Notes: a model not told the origin generated them from the letters alone. A DNA stretch of 64,000 nucleotides from Geosiphon pyriformis uo1 (GCA_016748015.1 JAAOMT010000222.1:561924-625923), one strand, 5' to 3'; shown: positions 37,001 to 51,660, numbered from the stretch's first letter. A program made the numbers and translations.

Positions 37001-40000
37001 TAGAAGGAAAACAAATCTGTTTAATTCTAAACAGTAAATCTGTTAGAAGCATTATTATCTATTAATTAATATAACAGCTTGGAAAAAATGTTGATAGACC
37101 AGCTCAAACTGTAATTGTTATAGCTGATAATATAAAGAAAACTTCAGTAGAAAAAATTAACAACTTTCTATTTACTATCAATGAAATTACCATTTTAGTC
37201 AAAGTTTTAGTTATAAATACACTTTAATATCAAGCTTTGGTTAGAAATAATTGGCTTCTTAAGACCAATACAAATTTAAATTGAAAAATTCAAGAACTAA
37301 AAATTTTATACCAAAGACAATACACCAAAGTATCTGCTACTTGTGGTATTTTTAATAAATAATCTGAAAAAGCCTCAGTGTTTAAATTTGAAGAAAAAAA
37401 AAAATACCAATTACTAAAACATATATAGCTTTTAAATCAACATCCAAATGGTGTGAAGAAACAGAACAAAAAATTTTTAAGGAAACCAAAGAATGGAATA
37501 TTGTTTGATATTCTACATTAGAACTACAGAAACAACCACTTTATATTCTACTTAAATATAAAAATTGCAAGAAGAAACTTTTATTAATAAGAGCATGCAT
37601 ATTTCCAAAAGAAAAATATAAAACTTGTACCTGTTACTATTGTAAAACATGCCATAGAGAACGATTTAGGTACTCCAAATAAAGTGAAAAATAGAATAAT
37701 ACTTCTTATCTTACATGTAGAAATATATTATTAAAGAAATGCAACTAGATTAATATTGCAATAAAAGGAAAAATATGTAATCAAACCTGCCAATATGTTC
37801 TATTAATCTCAAAAAAAGTCAGAAGAAAAACATTTTTTAATGCAATATATAACAGTGTTTTCAACAAACTCTACTATTATTCTCATAATGCAAAAATAAT
37901 TTTTGATTCTAATAATGGCTTTAATTAATAGAGCCACACAGAAAGATATTCACCAAATAAAAAAAGCCAAATACATTGAATATATCATAAAATTAGCTGG
38001 ATTTAACTATGAAGATGAAGTGAAAACCTACCACCAAATTGCAAGTCACACTTATTCAATTCAAGAAGCTCAAATTCAATGATTAAAGCAAATAAACATT
38101 CAATTGTATAAAGAATGCATCATGTCTTGTAATGACAAATAGTGTCTGAAATGCTATGCTCTTAGTATTTTTTTGTCCAGCAAAAATAACCAAGAGAAAA
38201 TTGAGTTTGAAGAATCTAAGCCAAAAAAAATTGCAACAACTCCAATCTATCTTATTAAAAATCAATCAGCTCTACAACTTAAATATTTCGACAACAATGG
38301 TCAAGGAATCAAGTCTGAAAAAGTCCATGAAATTGATGTAGGATATGATTTATAATACTCTGGCAAAGATACTTTGATTCTTTAACCAAAATCTTTTACC
38401 AAAATCAATCTCAAAATTGCTCTTAAAATACCACTAGAAGTAATAGTACAAATTGCTTTTTAATCATTACTGACAAGCAAAAAAATCAATGTTAGAGGAA
38501 GAATCATAGATGCAGAATACACTGAAGACATTACAATTATGCTACAAAATAAAATGAACAAATTATTTAAAATTAAACATACAGAAAAAATTGTTCAAGC
38601 TATTTATCTACTCTTAATTAACATTTCGAGATTATAATCAGTTAACAACAGAGAATAATTAGGGAAAAGTAAAAGAAGAACTCAAGATTTTAGTTCAACT
38701 AAACAATTTACAGTTCCAATAAACATAGTTCTCAATGCACAAAATAAATTTTACCAGATTCTTTGACTTTTCTAACCAATTACTATTTTACTTTTTGGAG
38801 AACATTACAAAATTTACACTTATGTAAAGCCTACTACCACCCAACAAATCTTTGAATTTAATGAACAAATTTGTTTAAAGCATAAAATCTCAATTCTAAA
38901 TGTTTATATTCCAAAAGGAATAAAGAAATTTCAAGTTACTTTTTACAATTCCAACAACTATCCCATTGTTTTATTAAATAAGTTAAAAATTGAAATCATA
39001 CATAGCAACATCTTTCAAGATAAAACCCTTCAGATTGTTTTTAATTTCATCAAAATTGTGAAACATACTTTACTCTCAAACCCAAATATTACTTTTATTA
39101 CTAAAAACTACTATGTTTTAGAAAAAAAACTTTCTCAAATTAACATAAATTCTTTAGAACCCCAATAACAAAGACAATTGAAACAATTAATTACTAAATA
39201 TGCTAATATATTTGCCAAAGACAACAATAATTTAAGAAAAACAGATATCATTTAACATTAAATCCATACAGAAGATGCTCTACCAAAATGACAACAAACT
39301 TATCAAGTTCCACCTTTTAACCACCAATTCATTAGAAAAAAGATCCAAAAAATGCTTAATAACGAATTAATTTAATCATCAAGAAGTTCATGGGCCTTAC
39401 CAGTAGTTCTAATTAAAAAAAAAACAGAAAAATCAGATTTTGTGTTGACTATTGCCAATTGAATAGTGTGACAATTAAAGATGTCTACTCTCTTCCAAAA
39501 ATTGATAACATGCTAAATGTTCTAGAAAAAGCCAAGTTCTTTTCAACTTTAGACTTAGAAAATAGATACTGGCAAGTCGAAATGGACCCAAAAAATCATT
39601 TCAAAACAGTATTTACCATCCAAAAAAGAAACTATGAATTTAATGCTATGCCTTTTGGACTCTGCAATACATCAGCAACATTCCAGCAACTTATAGATGT
39701 TGTATATAAAAAATTTTTATGACAATTAATAATTGTTTATCTTGATGATACTGATGTGTACTTATTAAGCTTTGAAGCTTATTTTATCTACTTGCAAAAA
39801 GTTTTTCAACAATTATAGAAAGCAAAATTGAAGTTAAATATTAAAAAATGTTATTTTGAAAAAACAAGTTTAATTTTTTTTGGACATATTGTTAGCAAAG
39901 ATGAAGTCAAACCAAATCCTAGAACAATTAGCACTGTCAAAAACTTTTAAACTTCCAAAAATACCACAGAACTATAAGGATTTGTAAGATTAGTCTCCTA

Positions 40001-43000
40001 TTATTGAAAATTCATAAAAATATTTTCAGAAATTACCAAACTATTCAATTATCTTACCAACAAAAATGTGTCATATCAATGGATTAAAGAACAACAGAAA
40101 GTCTTTAAAACCCTCAAAACAAAATTAACAACAGTCCCAGTTCTTGTTTACTCAGACTTTAATAAATAATTCCAGTTAGCCATTAATGTTTTACATATAG
40201 CTTTTGGTATTATCTTATTACAATTAGATGACAAGAGCAATAAACAAGCAATTGTCTATGCTAGTAAAACACTTAAACCAACAGAACTCAAATATGGCTT
40301 GACAGAATTAGAAGCTGCTGCAGTTATTTGAATTCTTAAATACTTTTAACAATACCTAAAGAATGAAAAAAAATTTGACATTATAATCAACAATATTAGT
40401 CTTAAATGACTTAATAAAAAGAAATTTGAACAAAGTACCAAACAATCTCAATGAAATAACTTTCTAGCAGACTATAAATATATTGTATATTACAAACCAA
40501 AAAAACTACACACTAATGTTAACAGTCTTTTAAGAATAAGACAAGATTAACACTAACAGCAATTTTACTACAACTTACCAATCTATCAACAAATAATAGA
40601 TTTTAATAATTACAACAACATTAAAAACTATTTGAAGACTTTTATTATGCCAGAAAATTGGTTTTCAAGTAAAAAACATCGATTACAACATTAATCAAAA
40701 CAATATTTTATATACTACAACAAAATTTATTATCAAAACTATAGAAATTCAACCAACTTATTTAAATTAGTACAAGAAAATAAAAAAGAAACAATCTTAT
40801 ACAACATATACACAGATCTATCTTCAGCATACTTAAAAAGAAATAAAACAATTCAAAGAACACTTGAATATTATTTTTGGTCTTAAATGCAAAAAAACAT
40901 TTAATAATATATAGAATCATGTAATAGTTGTCAAAAAAGAAGAAAAACTCACCCCACAGAATCTTTAAATTCAATCAAAATTGGACAACTTTTTGACAGA
41001 ATAAGAATTGATTTAGTCAGACTACTATCTATCACAACTCAAGAAAATTATTATATTGTAGTTGCAGTAGATTATTTTATCAAATGGCTTAAAACTAAAG
41101 CCATCCAAAAAGCAGATGCAAAATCAGTAGCAAATTTCATCTATGAAGACATTATTTGTAAACATGGATGCCCAATTAAACTTTTATCTAATCAAAAAAC
41201 ACATTTTGTGAACAACTTAATACAAGAAATTTGTGAATAATTCAATATCAAACGACTTATTATTACTTTATTACTCCTAAACAAATAAATTTGTAGAACA
41301 TTTTAACAGAACATTGTGTAAATTTTTAGCCAAAGTTTCAACTGATTTTAAGCAGAAATGAGATATCTTTATTCTATTAGTATTACTAACATACAAAACA
41401 CTAAAACAAGATACTATAAAACACATACCATTTAATTTGACTTATAGAAAGACAGCAACATTACCAATTAATTTTACAGTAGAAACATATCTAGTACAAC
41501 CAATCAATAAAAAAAACTTTCAAGAAACACTTCAAAAAAAAGCTTACACTTTTTTTAATACACTGAAAGAAAAAAAATGGATAGCAGCAACTCATATTGA
41601 ACATTCCCAAGCTTAACAAAAAAAAGACATGACAATAAATTGCTACCAGTTATCAATAAATTTAAAGTTAAAAATAAAGTTCTCTTACACAGAACTAAGA
41701 CTAAAAAACAATAGAGTGAAAAATTTGAACATAAATGGAATAGACTATTTTATATTTATGAAATTCTAGGCAATAAATCATACAAGTTAAAACTTAATAA
41801 CAAAGTACTAGCAAAAATTGTACATGAAAATTGATTGAAACATTATCATTCCAAAAACAATTCTGAATCATTAATTTCACAAATTGGTACATATTTCCTT
41901 TTAATTAATTCTAAAAATATTCTCCAAAATCTAAAACCAATAGTTATAATAAAACAACAACCAAACTTAAATACTTAATTTAATATTTTTACAATAATTT
42001 CTTTAATAATACACAAAACATAAAACAAAATAGTAAATAATTACAAAAAACACCCAAACCCAAAAACAAATAAAAACCTATACCCAAAAATAATTTTCTT
42101 TATTTTTTTTCAAAATTTTATTTATTAATTAGTCATTTTTATCATAATTATTCTCCGAAATATTCAACAAATATTCCAAAAATTAATGTTAGTCTTGAAA
42201 ACACTTTCTGAATTATCTATAACAATTAATAGAAGTCAAATTAATTATACTTAAAAAAAAACTACAGCCCTAGTAGGAAACAATTCACAGAATTATTACT
42301 CTTATAGAAGAAACATAAGAAATTATTCTAGAAATTAACTATCAGAACTTTTAAAGCAAGCTTTAAAAGAAAACCTCTTATTTGTTCCTATTAATATTTT
42401 ACCAAATGCCACAATTCAACAAAAATTTCTACTATTTCTTAATGAACAAAACAATAAACATACCTTTATCTATAGATATTTTCTTATTGGAAAAACACTT
42501 CATAAACAAAAACTGGAACTTGAAGCAACAAATATCACTTCTGAAGCTATACAAAAACAAATTCACAATGAATTCAAGACAGCAGCCAGACCAACAAACA
42601 TTTATTACAAATGGAGAGCAGTTTTTAGACTTTACAACTTATTCAATACTTACAAAAATGTTCTATAAAACCCAATACTTTATTCAATAAAGATTCAGTC
42701 TATTGAAAAGTTTACAGAACTGAAATTTTAACAATTTTCAGACCAGATTACTTTAATTATCTTGGACTATTATCTTAATATTACAGATAGTACTTGAATT
42801 TTAATAGAGCTCAGTCTTGAGAAAAAAATTATGTTACTAGTAGAATTTTAACTATTAATTAGCATAAAATTACTTTTATAATTCTTATTATTAATTAGTA
42901 TATATTATTATTATTTTAATTATTACTTATTATTTAATCAAATTATCAAATATTATCATTCAATTAATAATCTGATTTGTATTATAGAAATTAAGATAAT

Positions 43001-43776
43001 CAAATTACACAATATCTTAAACCATTTAATATTCAAAAATTTGCCGAAATTAACAAAAATTGGCTAAAATAATTAATAGTTTGTAGAAATAACTTATAGT
43101 TTACTAAAATGTATCTTTAGTTTGTCAAAATTATAGCAAAGAAAAAAGTGCAAATTCAAAAACTAGTACTACAACAAATTGTATAAAAGAAGAGCTTTTC
43201 TCTTCAAAAAAATATATCTTATTTTAAATTCATCTTATTTTATATTACTTAGAATTATCCTATCATTACAAATCAAATAAAAATCAGAAACATTCAAAAA
43301 AGCAAACCACTTTTATTTACATCTGAAATTTTTTAAACTCGACTAACATTTTGAAATTAATTAGTTACCAATTTCAGTAATTTGTTAGTAATTCCAGACC
43401 TAAATAGAAAATGATTTTTTTAACAAAATTTTATTTTTTTTATATTTTTTGTATTTTTTTATATTTTTTTTATTATAATTATTAGGGTAGTTTACAGACA
43501 AGATTTCTGTAGAAGAGTTGACTTTCACAGCAAAATAACTACACATTTTAATAAGCTTTCAAACAAGCAATTTTCGAGAAAAAGTTGATGTTTACTACAA
43601 TGTAACTACACAAAATAACTGGTACAGAATTGGTTATTCTACTTATAAATCCAGCAGTTTAAATTATAGAAAATAAATTCAGTTATCAAAGAACCAAATT
43701 CTTCCAAAAAACGTAAATTTCCAACCAGCAGACATTAACAACATTCAAGAAAAGAGACCAGAAATTTCCAGTAACA
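34017..43776 (+). mobile_element. Full-length Gypsy H (family C LTRs), 9.76 kb, decayed
   Basis: LTRs at 34017-34918 and 42832-43776, TSD atac/atgc, PBS TGGTGCTTTT at 34921. Capsid about 35665, protease (LILNSKSVRSII, about 37020), Cys-rich region, dUTPase, RT (FSTLDL..YWQV, MPFGLCN, VYLDD), RNase H, integrase, ORF3 about 42030-42800, PPT. Confidence 0.95.
38295..38705 (+). pseudogene. dut: dUTPase domain in Gypsy H polyprotein
   Basis: All five trimeric dUTPase motifs appear in order, decayed: VGYDL, QIAF*SLL, GRIIDAEYTEDI, EKIVQAI, RRTQDFSST. Confidence 0.85.
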
Positions 43777-46700
43777 ATGCTACCAAAAAAACTGATGAAA
43801 CTTTTATACATCTTAATTTACCACAAATTTATTCTCAAATAATGCCAACTAACCAAGTTATATGTCTTATACATGTCTTACAAAACCAAACAAATCTTTT
43901 TATTTTTTTTAGGATATTTTTAATCATCAATCCAATAGCAAAAATAGAAGATTGCATTAAAGTGCTTCTTAAAATTGAAAAATTGTTTCTATGAAAAACA
44001 CTAAACTTGTTGCAAATAAAAAAGATCTAATTCAAAAAAATTTCGAAAAAAATTTTCTAAGCAGTTTTAATCAAAGTGATAGAATAAGTATTTGTTAAAA
44101 TTCTATCTCACTTATAAAGCTTAAATATTATCAAAACTTATGTTCTCTTCCACAGAACTGAAACAGTACTCAAAGCCAATACACAAATTCAAAAGGCCCA
44201 AAAAATAGTTAAAAACATTATTATCACAATGCTTCCATAATTTATTAAAGATACCACTTAGACCAACAGTCTTTTTATTTGGTAGATCTTTAATCATTTG
44301 AACCAACTTCTCAAAATTAATAATGTCCATAACATTTGAAAAAACACTGTTTTTTATATAGCATAAAAAAACATATTAACTAATCCAAAGCTTAGGCAAA
44401 ATTCCAAAAACTGTCTGTTTTCTGGTTTAATTTTTTATGTTTGTATTAACTTTAGATTTAATATTAGTAGATTCTAATGCCAGCTTATCATTAACTATTA
44501 ATTAATTCAACACAACTTTATGAAATGACTTATTCAATATATTTCTGATTATACAGCCTTTATTTGAGCAAAAATTTTCTATTCTCTTTTCAATAATATG
44601 TCTTATAACAACAGTTTTAACAGTTTTAAATTCATGTATTTTGGATTTGTGATAATCTTTTCTAAACTTAGACAAACAATCAAAAACATCTATGAATTTA
44701 ATACCTTCTTAAATTATGTTTTGTACTTCAAAAGCCTTATTTTTATTAACAACCAACCAAATGCAAAGCAGAAAATCAGTTTAAAATATATTACCAGATC
44801 TGAAAAATTTCACAACTTTGGCAATTAGCAATTTCAATTTAAAAAACCTAGATAATTGCTTACTAAAAACATATTTGGTTTCATTATACTAATATTTAGA
44901 AAATGTTTTCTTAATTGAATCTGCCATTATTTTTCTTAACAAATCTTATATAGTATCCAAATTTTTACCAATTTTCACTTCCAAAAATCTATCCACTATT
45001 GCTGAAAGCTTGACAGAAAAATACTTCTTAAAATAGATCTATTTGGTACTATTTGTATTAGTAATCTTAAATTTCCAACAATTTTTGTTAGTTTGTTTGT
45101 ATATGCTGTTTAAACAAACATCTAAAAAACCACTCAAACTAATTAAAACCACAACAGTCTTGTAATTTATATTAAAAAAGTTAGAAATAGGATTACTATT
45201 ATAATTAGTAACCACAAATAACAAACTTTTATTAATAAAAATATAATCTATGACTTTTTTGATTCCTTTTATATTGTTTCAAATAGAGGTTTTGATTAAC
45301 AAATGCTTATTAAACAAATTGATTAGATTTAAGCTTAAACAAAACCTGAAACTCACACTTTTTTTAAACATATCTTCATTGAAATCTTCACTCAAAACAA
45401 TAAAAAAAAACTCATTTACAGTCTTAGCAATTAATAAGTTAATCTTATTAGTCTAAGCCAACCATGTTACCAGTACAGCACCAGCATATAGACCCAAAAT
45501 TAAAACAGAAAGCTTATTTTTAACAAACAATTTGACAAATAAAAGCCAGCCAACCACTTTAGAAACTTTGTATATATGCTTTGTTAAAGCAATGTTCATA
45601 ATAATTATAACACCAAAACCCAAATAACCAGAGTTCAACCCAGAAGTAAATACAATGAACACCATCAAACTTATTAACAATCCATAGATGGACTCTTCTT
45701 TTCAATTTTGTTTTAATTACAATAAAAATTAAATTGTTTATATCTCTGTGCCAATAAATAATATTCTCTTGTTTAACAAAGTTGTTTATATTCTTAATAT
45801 TACACATAGCTATTTTCCAAACTAAACTAGTTATTTAAAAGAACAAAAATCTGGATTTAAATTAATCTTGTCTATTTTAGTTATTAGACTTATAATTATA
45901 GCTAATAAATTGTTTATATTCTTTTCCAACTTTGAAACAATTAATAAATTAAAAATCACTGTTTTTACAACAGTCTTATTATTAGTAACTACACTCAAAC
46001 TCTCACTCATTACTATATTTGTTTTTTGATTCTGTAATAAAAAGATTACCAATAACTGATATTCAAGATTATATTGGAAAACTATTGGCTTAAGTACATC
46101 CAATCTTTTAGCCAGCTTATTAATTTGCTTTGCAAAGTTAGTAAAACTGTACTCAAAAGTAGTAAATTTATTTAAATATAAGTAGAAGAGACTTTATCTC
46201 CAAGGAGAAGTCAGAGTTTATCAAATTATTTCTTATAAAAAAAGAAAAAAAATCTATTAACAACTTTAGCCCAAAAGATATCATCAAAAGAAACAAGATT
46301 GATGACAAATACTAAATGCTTAATATAAATAATAACCAGTCTGCTTTTATTTGCTTTTAACAAAACTTTATGAAATAGACCACTAGAAAAAACTTTTTTA
46401 TTTCCAGTACAGTTTAGTAATATATAACCCAACTTTTCATACTTAGTACACTTTGCAAAACTCAGACAAAACCAGTATAGATTAATACTTTTTAACATTG
46501 ATATGGTTCTTATAATAATATCTAATAACTCAGCAGAATCAAAACAAACAACTTTACATTTGGTCCAAGTATATGTAACAGGATGACAATTAATAATACA
46601 CATTTTTTTACTCATTAATCCAATAAAGTTTCAAATATTATGCATATTAATTCTCACAAACAAAGTATAAAGCAGTGCTTTATAGACATTTTTTATATCT

Positions 46701-47470
46701 TTTTATTTTTTATTTTTATTAGTTTTGACAATACATATTGCATTTTTTTTATTAAGATAAACTATTTAATTATAACCAAATTAACATAATCTGCTTAATT
46801 AAATTCAACTACAGTCTTTTGCCAAAGACTCATAAATTGTATTTTGATTAACTTAATTATTCCAAATTCAGACAGCACAATATATATAGTCTTAACTAAT
46901 ATATCAATTAATATCTTTTTTATTATTACAGCCCAATCTAAATATGCTTCAGATTTTTTAAAATTAGTGTTTATAGAAATATTCTTAGTCTTTATTAAAT
47001 TAGTTGCTTATATCAAGCTAGATTTAGAAATAAAGATTGTTTTAATAATTTTAGCAAATTTTAAAAGATAAAAATCTTTTTAAAACTATTAATTTTTGAA
47101 AATATTTTCTTGACTATTATTAGCTTTTTCTGAGAAAACTTTTCAATTATCTTATTTAAGCCAATATCTAAAATAAATAACTTCTTAATAAGAATATTAA
47201 TTAAATTTTTTGAAGAAAGAGTCTATAAAATATCTAATAAAATATTATTATCATTATTATTACTTAAAAAATTGATTTTTTCTAATAATTTTTTTAAAGC
47301 TTTTTTGGTTTTAACTCATAAGTTTTTTGGAATCTGGTCAGTGTTTTTTTTATTAAAAGCATTTTTTTTCCTATAATTAATACTGGTTTTTTCAATTAAA
47401 CACTTTTTTTTCATGTTAATACTATTAGATTTAGTAGTGTTGTCAGTATCTGAATCCTAAAAACAACTAC

Positions 47471-48429
47471 TGTTATCCGAGTAAAAAATCAATCCAAAGT
47501 TATAGAGAAAATATGACCAAAAATATAACAACAGAAAATAACATAAGATAACATAAAAAAACACAGAATAACACATAATAACTTAGAATAATGTGTTATA
47601 GTATGCAATAACTAAGCATAATATAAGATAACTAGTAATAATATAAGAAAATAAAGCAATAGTTAGTAATAATGAAGAAGTTAAAAACAATCCTGTAAAA
47701 CCAAAAAATGTATAAAAACAAGTAGTTATAAAAGTTAGAAAGAAGACAAAAATCTTTTTTTTTTACTATATTTAATAGATCTCATACTCATATTTTCACA
47801 ATAAAAAAAATATTCAAAATCTAATTTTTGATACATGATTCTTATACTTATGCATAATAATTAAATTAATCATTGTTTTGTACCTTTATTCCAAGACAAA
47901 TGCTTTTAGTATAAATGTCTTGACCAAATAATGATTTGGACCAATTATTCTTGATTACAGTAATTGACAATACTAATTTATTTATTTTTATTTATTTTTA
48001 TTTATTTTTATTTTATTTTATTTTATTCTCTCTTATAGAGTGGCAACATAAAAAAATTGACTGTCTAAGAATAGATTTTGTAATAGTCTGGTAAAAAAAG
48101 GAAGCTTTCTCTAAGTTTAGATATTAATATTATCTTAATAACTTATCAGAAGGGTGAAAAGATATCACCAGACCCTAACAACTATACTTGTTAGCTTGGT
48201 GAAGATAGCTCACATTTTACAAACATGGTTGCAAAATAAAAAGATAAAAACTCTGTGTTTTATAACCAAAGAATTCCATGGATAAATTCACCTTTAGTAA
48301 AAAACCTTTAGAGACTGATAAACCAAACACAATAGACCGATCTATAAAAAGAACTTTCAAAGCTTCTTTTAATTCAAAAAGTCAGAGCACTAAATATTAC
48401 TCCATATCTTATTAAGTTTATTTATAACA
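47471..48429 (+). repeat. Solo LTR, family B, in LINE ORF1
   Basis: TGTTAT...ATAACA termini, TSD ctac/ctat. Confidence 0.9.
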
Positions 48430-48689
48430 CTATTTAATTCTTTAGTAAAAATTTTTTTAATACCAACAATATTCTTCAAGACATTACTTTTTTTTTTTGA
48501 TAATACAGATTTAGTATTCATATTTGAAAAAAATTCTTAATAGATTTCTTTAAGATAACAATATTAAGACCAATAGTAATCTTGTAATTAAGCAAAAACA
48601 GTTTAGATTTATCATACTAAATAATTAAAAACTTTTTTTTAAAAAATATAAGACTCTTTTTTGAAAATTTAAAACAAAAAAAAAAGTTT

Positions 48690-49155
48690 TTATTAATTTT
48701 ATATAATTTATTAATAATAATACTTTAATTACTCTTTAAATTTACTTTAAAACATTAAGCAAAAACTATTTAAATTAATAATAATCTATTTTAAAAAGTT
48801 TAATAAACTTTTTAAAAAAATTAAACAATTAAAAACCAATGTTTATTATTTAAATACTTAAATTTTAAATTAATTTATTACCAAATTAAAAGACAAATTA
48901 ATTAAAAAAGTTTAATTATATGTTTTATAAAATTTAAACATTGTTATTTTGTATACTAAAAATTATAAATAGTGATAAAAGAAATAAATTAAACCAAAAT
49001 TGTTAATTTAACTATAAAAAAAAATTTAACAGTTAAAAAAAAATAGATTAATTTACAAAAAAAATTAAAAGTTTTTTTATTAATTAACAATAAAAATATT
49101 AATTATTATAATAATAAAATTAAAGCAATTTATTATCATTATTAAACAATTAATC
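48690..49155 (+). pseudogene. gag: Outermost Gypsy O: gag capsid continuation (part 2 of 3)
   Basis: Collinear with H gag at about 35890-36360 (aataataatactttaattactct.., aaattaaaagacaaattaattaaaaaagtt..). Resumes where part 1 stops. Confidence 0.7.
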
Positions 49156-50985
49156 TTTTTTTTTATGCTTTATGAATGAGGTCTAAACACTGTCTAGAAC
49201 TATACATTAAAAAAATAATCTAAACTAAGTGTACTTTCTATACATGACTAGCCACTCAGACCAATCAGAACAACACTATACAGCTATATGAACTAAAACA
49301 GAATCATTAATTCTTGAAAAAAATGAACAAGGCTTATAAAAGCCAAAATAAACACCAAATGTTTTAGCAACACTAAGCAACTTAATTACACCAGCCAATA
49401 ACCCCAAAACCAAACCAAAAACCAAAACAAAAGCTGATTTATCCAGCAGAATCAGGCTATATGCTTCTATATAAACATGATGCTTAGCATGAACTAACCA
49501 GATATTATCCCTAAAAGCAAGACAAAAAGAATACACAAACTCAACAATCTTCAAACTAACAATCTTAGGATCACGGAAAACAGAGATAGCTTTACAAAGC
49601 CAACTATTAAAAACAAAACTCCTAAAGAAAGCCATAGAAATAAAGGCATCAGAAACACTGAACAACAAAAGCTGTAAGACATATGACAAAAAATAAAAAA
49701 GGCCAGAAAGAGCCTTTCAAAAGACCACAAAAGTATTCAATATCTGAAGACAAGTAGAACTGTCAATGTCACAAGAAAAAGCATAATCTGATACCTCCAC
49801 AACTCTACAATACAAACACAATACACTAAAATAATATTGGTTATAAAGTTACTTACAAACAGCAATAAGCAGCCAATGATGCAAAGCTTTTATAAAATAA
49901 GTGCATACAGAAGCTGTAGATCTGTTAGTAAAACCAGTGACCATGTACAAATCAGGATGCCACACCAACAAAAAGCTGAGCTAATTAATGTCAGAATACA
50001 GATTACTATCTAAAAACTTAGAACCAGAACCAACCTCCCAATAAACACAACAAATAGAATGAAAAACATTGCAAACAAAGTGTTTAAAGTTGTCAAAAAC
50101 CATACAACCATTAACTACCAAAAACTGTTCATTTAAATAAGAGAGAAGATACCAATTAGAAAGAGAAGTAGCATCAACATACTCATTTTTTAAAACATCA
50201 GAGTGGTTTTTTACTTTGAGCCAGAAGACTCTCAAATTCTTACTATAAACAATATTAACAATATATTAATGTTCAATCCAACAACAATTGCAAAAGTCTA
50301 AGGACACCAAACCCAGTTCTGACTTACAAACATCCAAAGCAGATTGATTATCTGAGAACAATTAAACAGAGCTAAGTGGGGGAACACACTTTAGGGCCAA
50401 TGCAATAGCTTGCATCTCTACCAAGATAAATGACATTAAACCCAAAACACTTATACCTAAACCCAAATCAATGTCTTTAAAAAAAACTGCAGCACCAGCC
50501 CTTATGTCAACTGTGCTCATGTTCTTTAGAGACCCATCTGTATATACTGAAAAACTGCCAGAAGCTACCTAAGAAAGCTGATTACAAACAAAGCCAAAGT
50601 TATAAGACTTAAGAATACTCAAAAAACTGATGTCATTCAAAATAGTGAGATGTACAGAAGAAGCAGTCATGCCATTGAAAAATACAGTAGAAATCTTAAA
50701 CCATTTAGGAGGTGGGCTACAGAGATCTAATCTTTTCTATTACTTAAAAGTGTACCAATTATAAACAGCACTATAATGATTACAAAGTTGATCCACAAAG
50801 ACAACATTATATTTTCAGAGAAAAGAGAAATACTTGAAAAATTTTGGTTTACCAAGAACAGCAGACATGGGCATCCCACCACAAAAATGAAAAAAACTGT
50901 CAAAAGAATCACTCAAGAACAAATTGTACTCTAAAAGAATACAAACTATGCTTATCAGAAAGTTATTAGAAAAACTAACTCATTA
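49155..50985 (-). mobile_element. 5'-truncated LINE (RNase H plus C-terminal zinc motif plus 3' UTR/poly-A)
   Basis: VYTDGSLKN..AGAAVF, EMQAIALAL, KVKNHS, WHPD, CLYCRVVEVSDYAFSC. Poly-T at about 49156-49164 is the tail on the minus strand. Candidate TSD attaatctt on both sides. Confidence 0.88.
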
Positions 50986-51660
50986 ATCTTAAAATACAAA
51001 CTGTTATTATTGTGAATTTTAAAATATTAAAAACACAATTTTAAAAAATGTAGAAAAATTAACAAAAACAGAATAATTAATATTATTTTTTACAATAATA
51101 GTAATTATATTATTTTTTATTATTTATTATTTACTTATTATTTTTTAAAACTTTAATCTATTTATTATTAATTTGTTTTATTATTAATATAATAACAATA
51201 TTACATAAAATTGTTAATTATTAACAAGAAAATTGGTTCAATTTAATCAATTTATGTTACAAAACTATTTTTAATTAAGCAATAACAAAATTAATTTTAA
51301 TAATTAATTAGTATTTTACAATAATAATTAATAACTATTAAAATATTTCTATATTTAATCTAGTTATTTTACAATATTTAAAAACCAAAATTTTTATTAA
51401 ATTGCATTTTCTGAAAATTAAGTTATAATTCAACAAAACTTTTTTAATAATATTATAATTTTATTAACAAAAATAACTAAAAATACCAACTTATTAAACA
51501 TATTTCTATTCAAATTTAAAGCCAATAAATTCTTATTTTTACTAAACAATACAGTTGCTTTAGAACAAAAAGCAATTACTACAATATATATAAAAACCAA
51601 AGTTGAAAAAGAATCAATTTGGTTAATCTTAGATAGTAAATTTGCTAAAAATATTATTAA
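50986..51660 (+). pseudogene. Outermost Gypsy O: gag zinc knuckle to protease N-terminus (part 3 of 3), abruptly truncated
   Basis: aactgttattattgt (NCYYC) followed by EQKAITTIY.KTKVEKESIWLILDSKFAKNII, collinear with H at about 36370-37055. Confidence 0.72.

Larger units (their letters stand above)
19830..48690 (-). mobile_element. Full-length LINE (ORF1 with CCHC; ORF2 APE endonuclease-RT-RNase H-zinc knuckle), about 6.7 kb net, split by three LTR insertions
   Basis: Pieces at 19830-20765 (C-terminal Cys/His motif, A-rich tail), 32188-34016 (RNase H VYTDG.., RT FVDN.IW-like), 43777-47470 (RT N-terminus, APE IAMCNIKN..ETK and GDFNED-like, ORF1 CTK.EKLG.ILLNC) and 48430-48690 (5' end). Sequence is collinear across each insertion. 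Confidence 0.85.

Noticed and set aside
34950-41960. Alternative genetic code or readthrough explaining the many in-frame stops
   Set aside because: Stops replace Trp, Gln and Arg codons at different sites in different copies and come with missense transitions and frameshifts. This is mutational decay.
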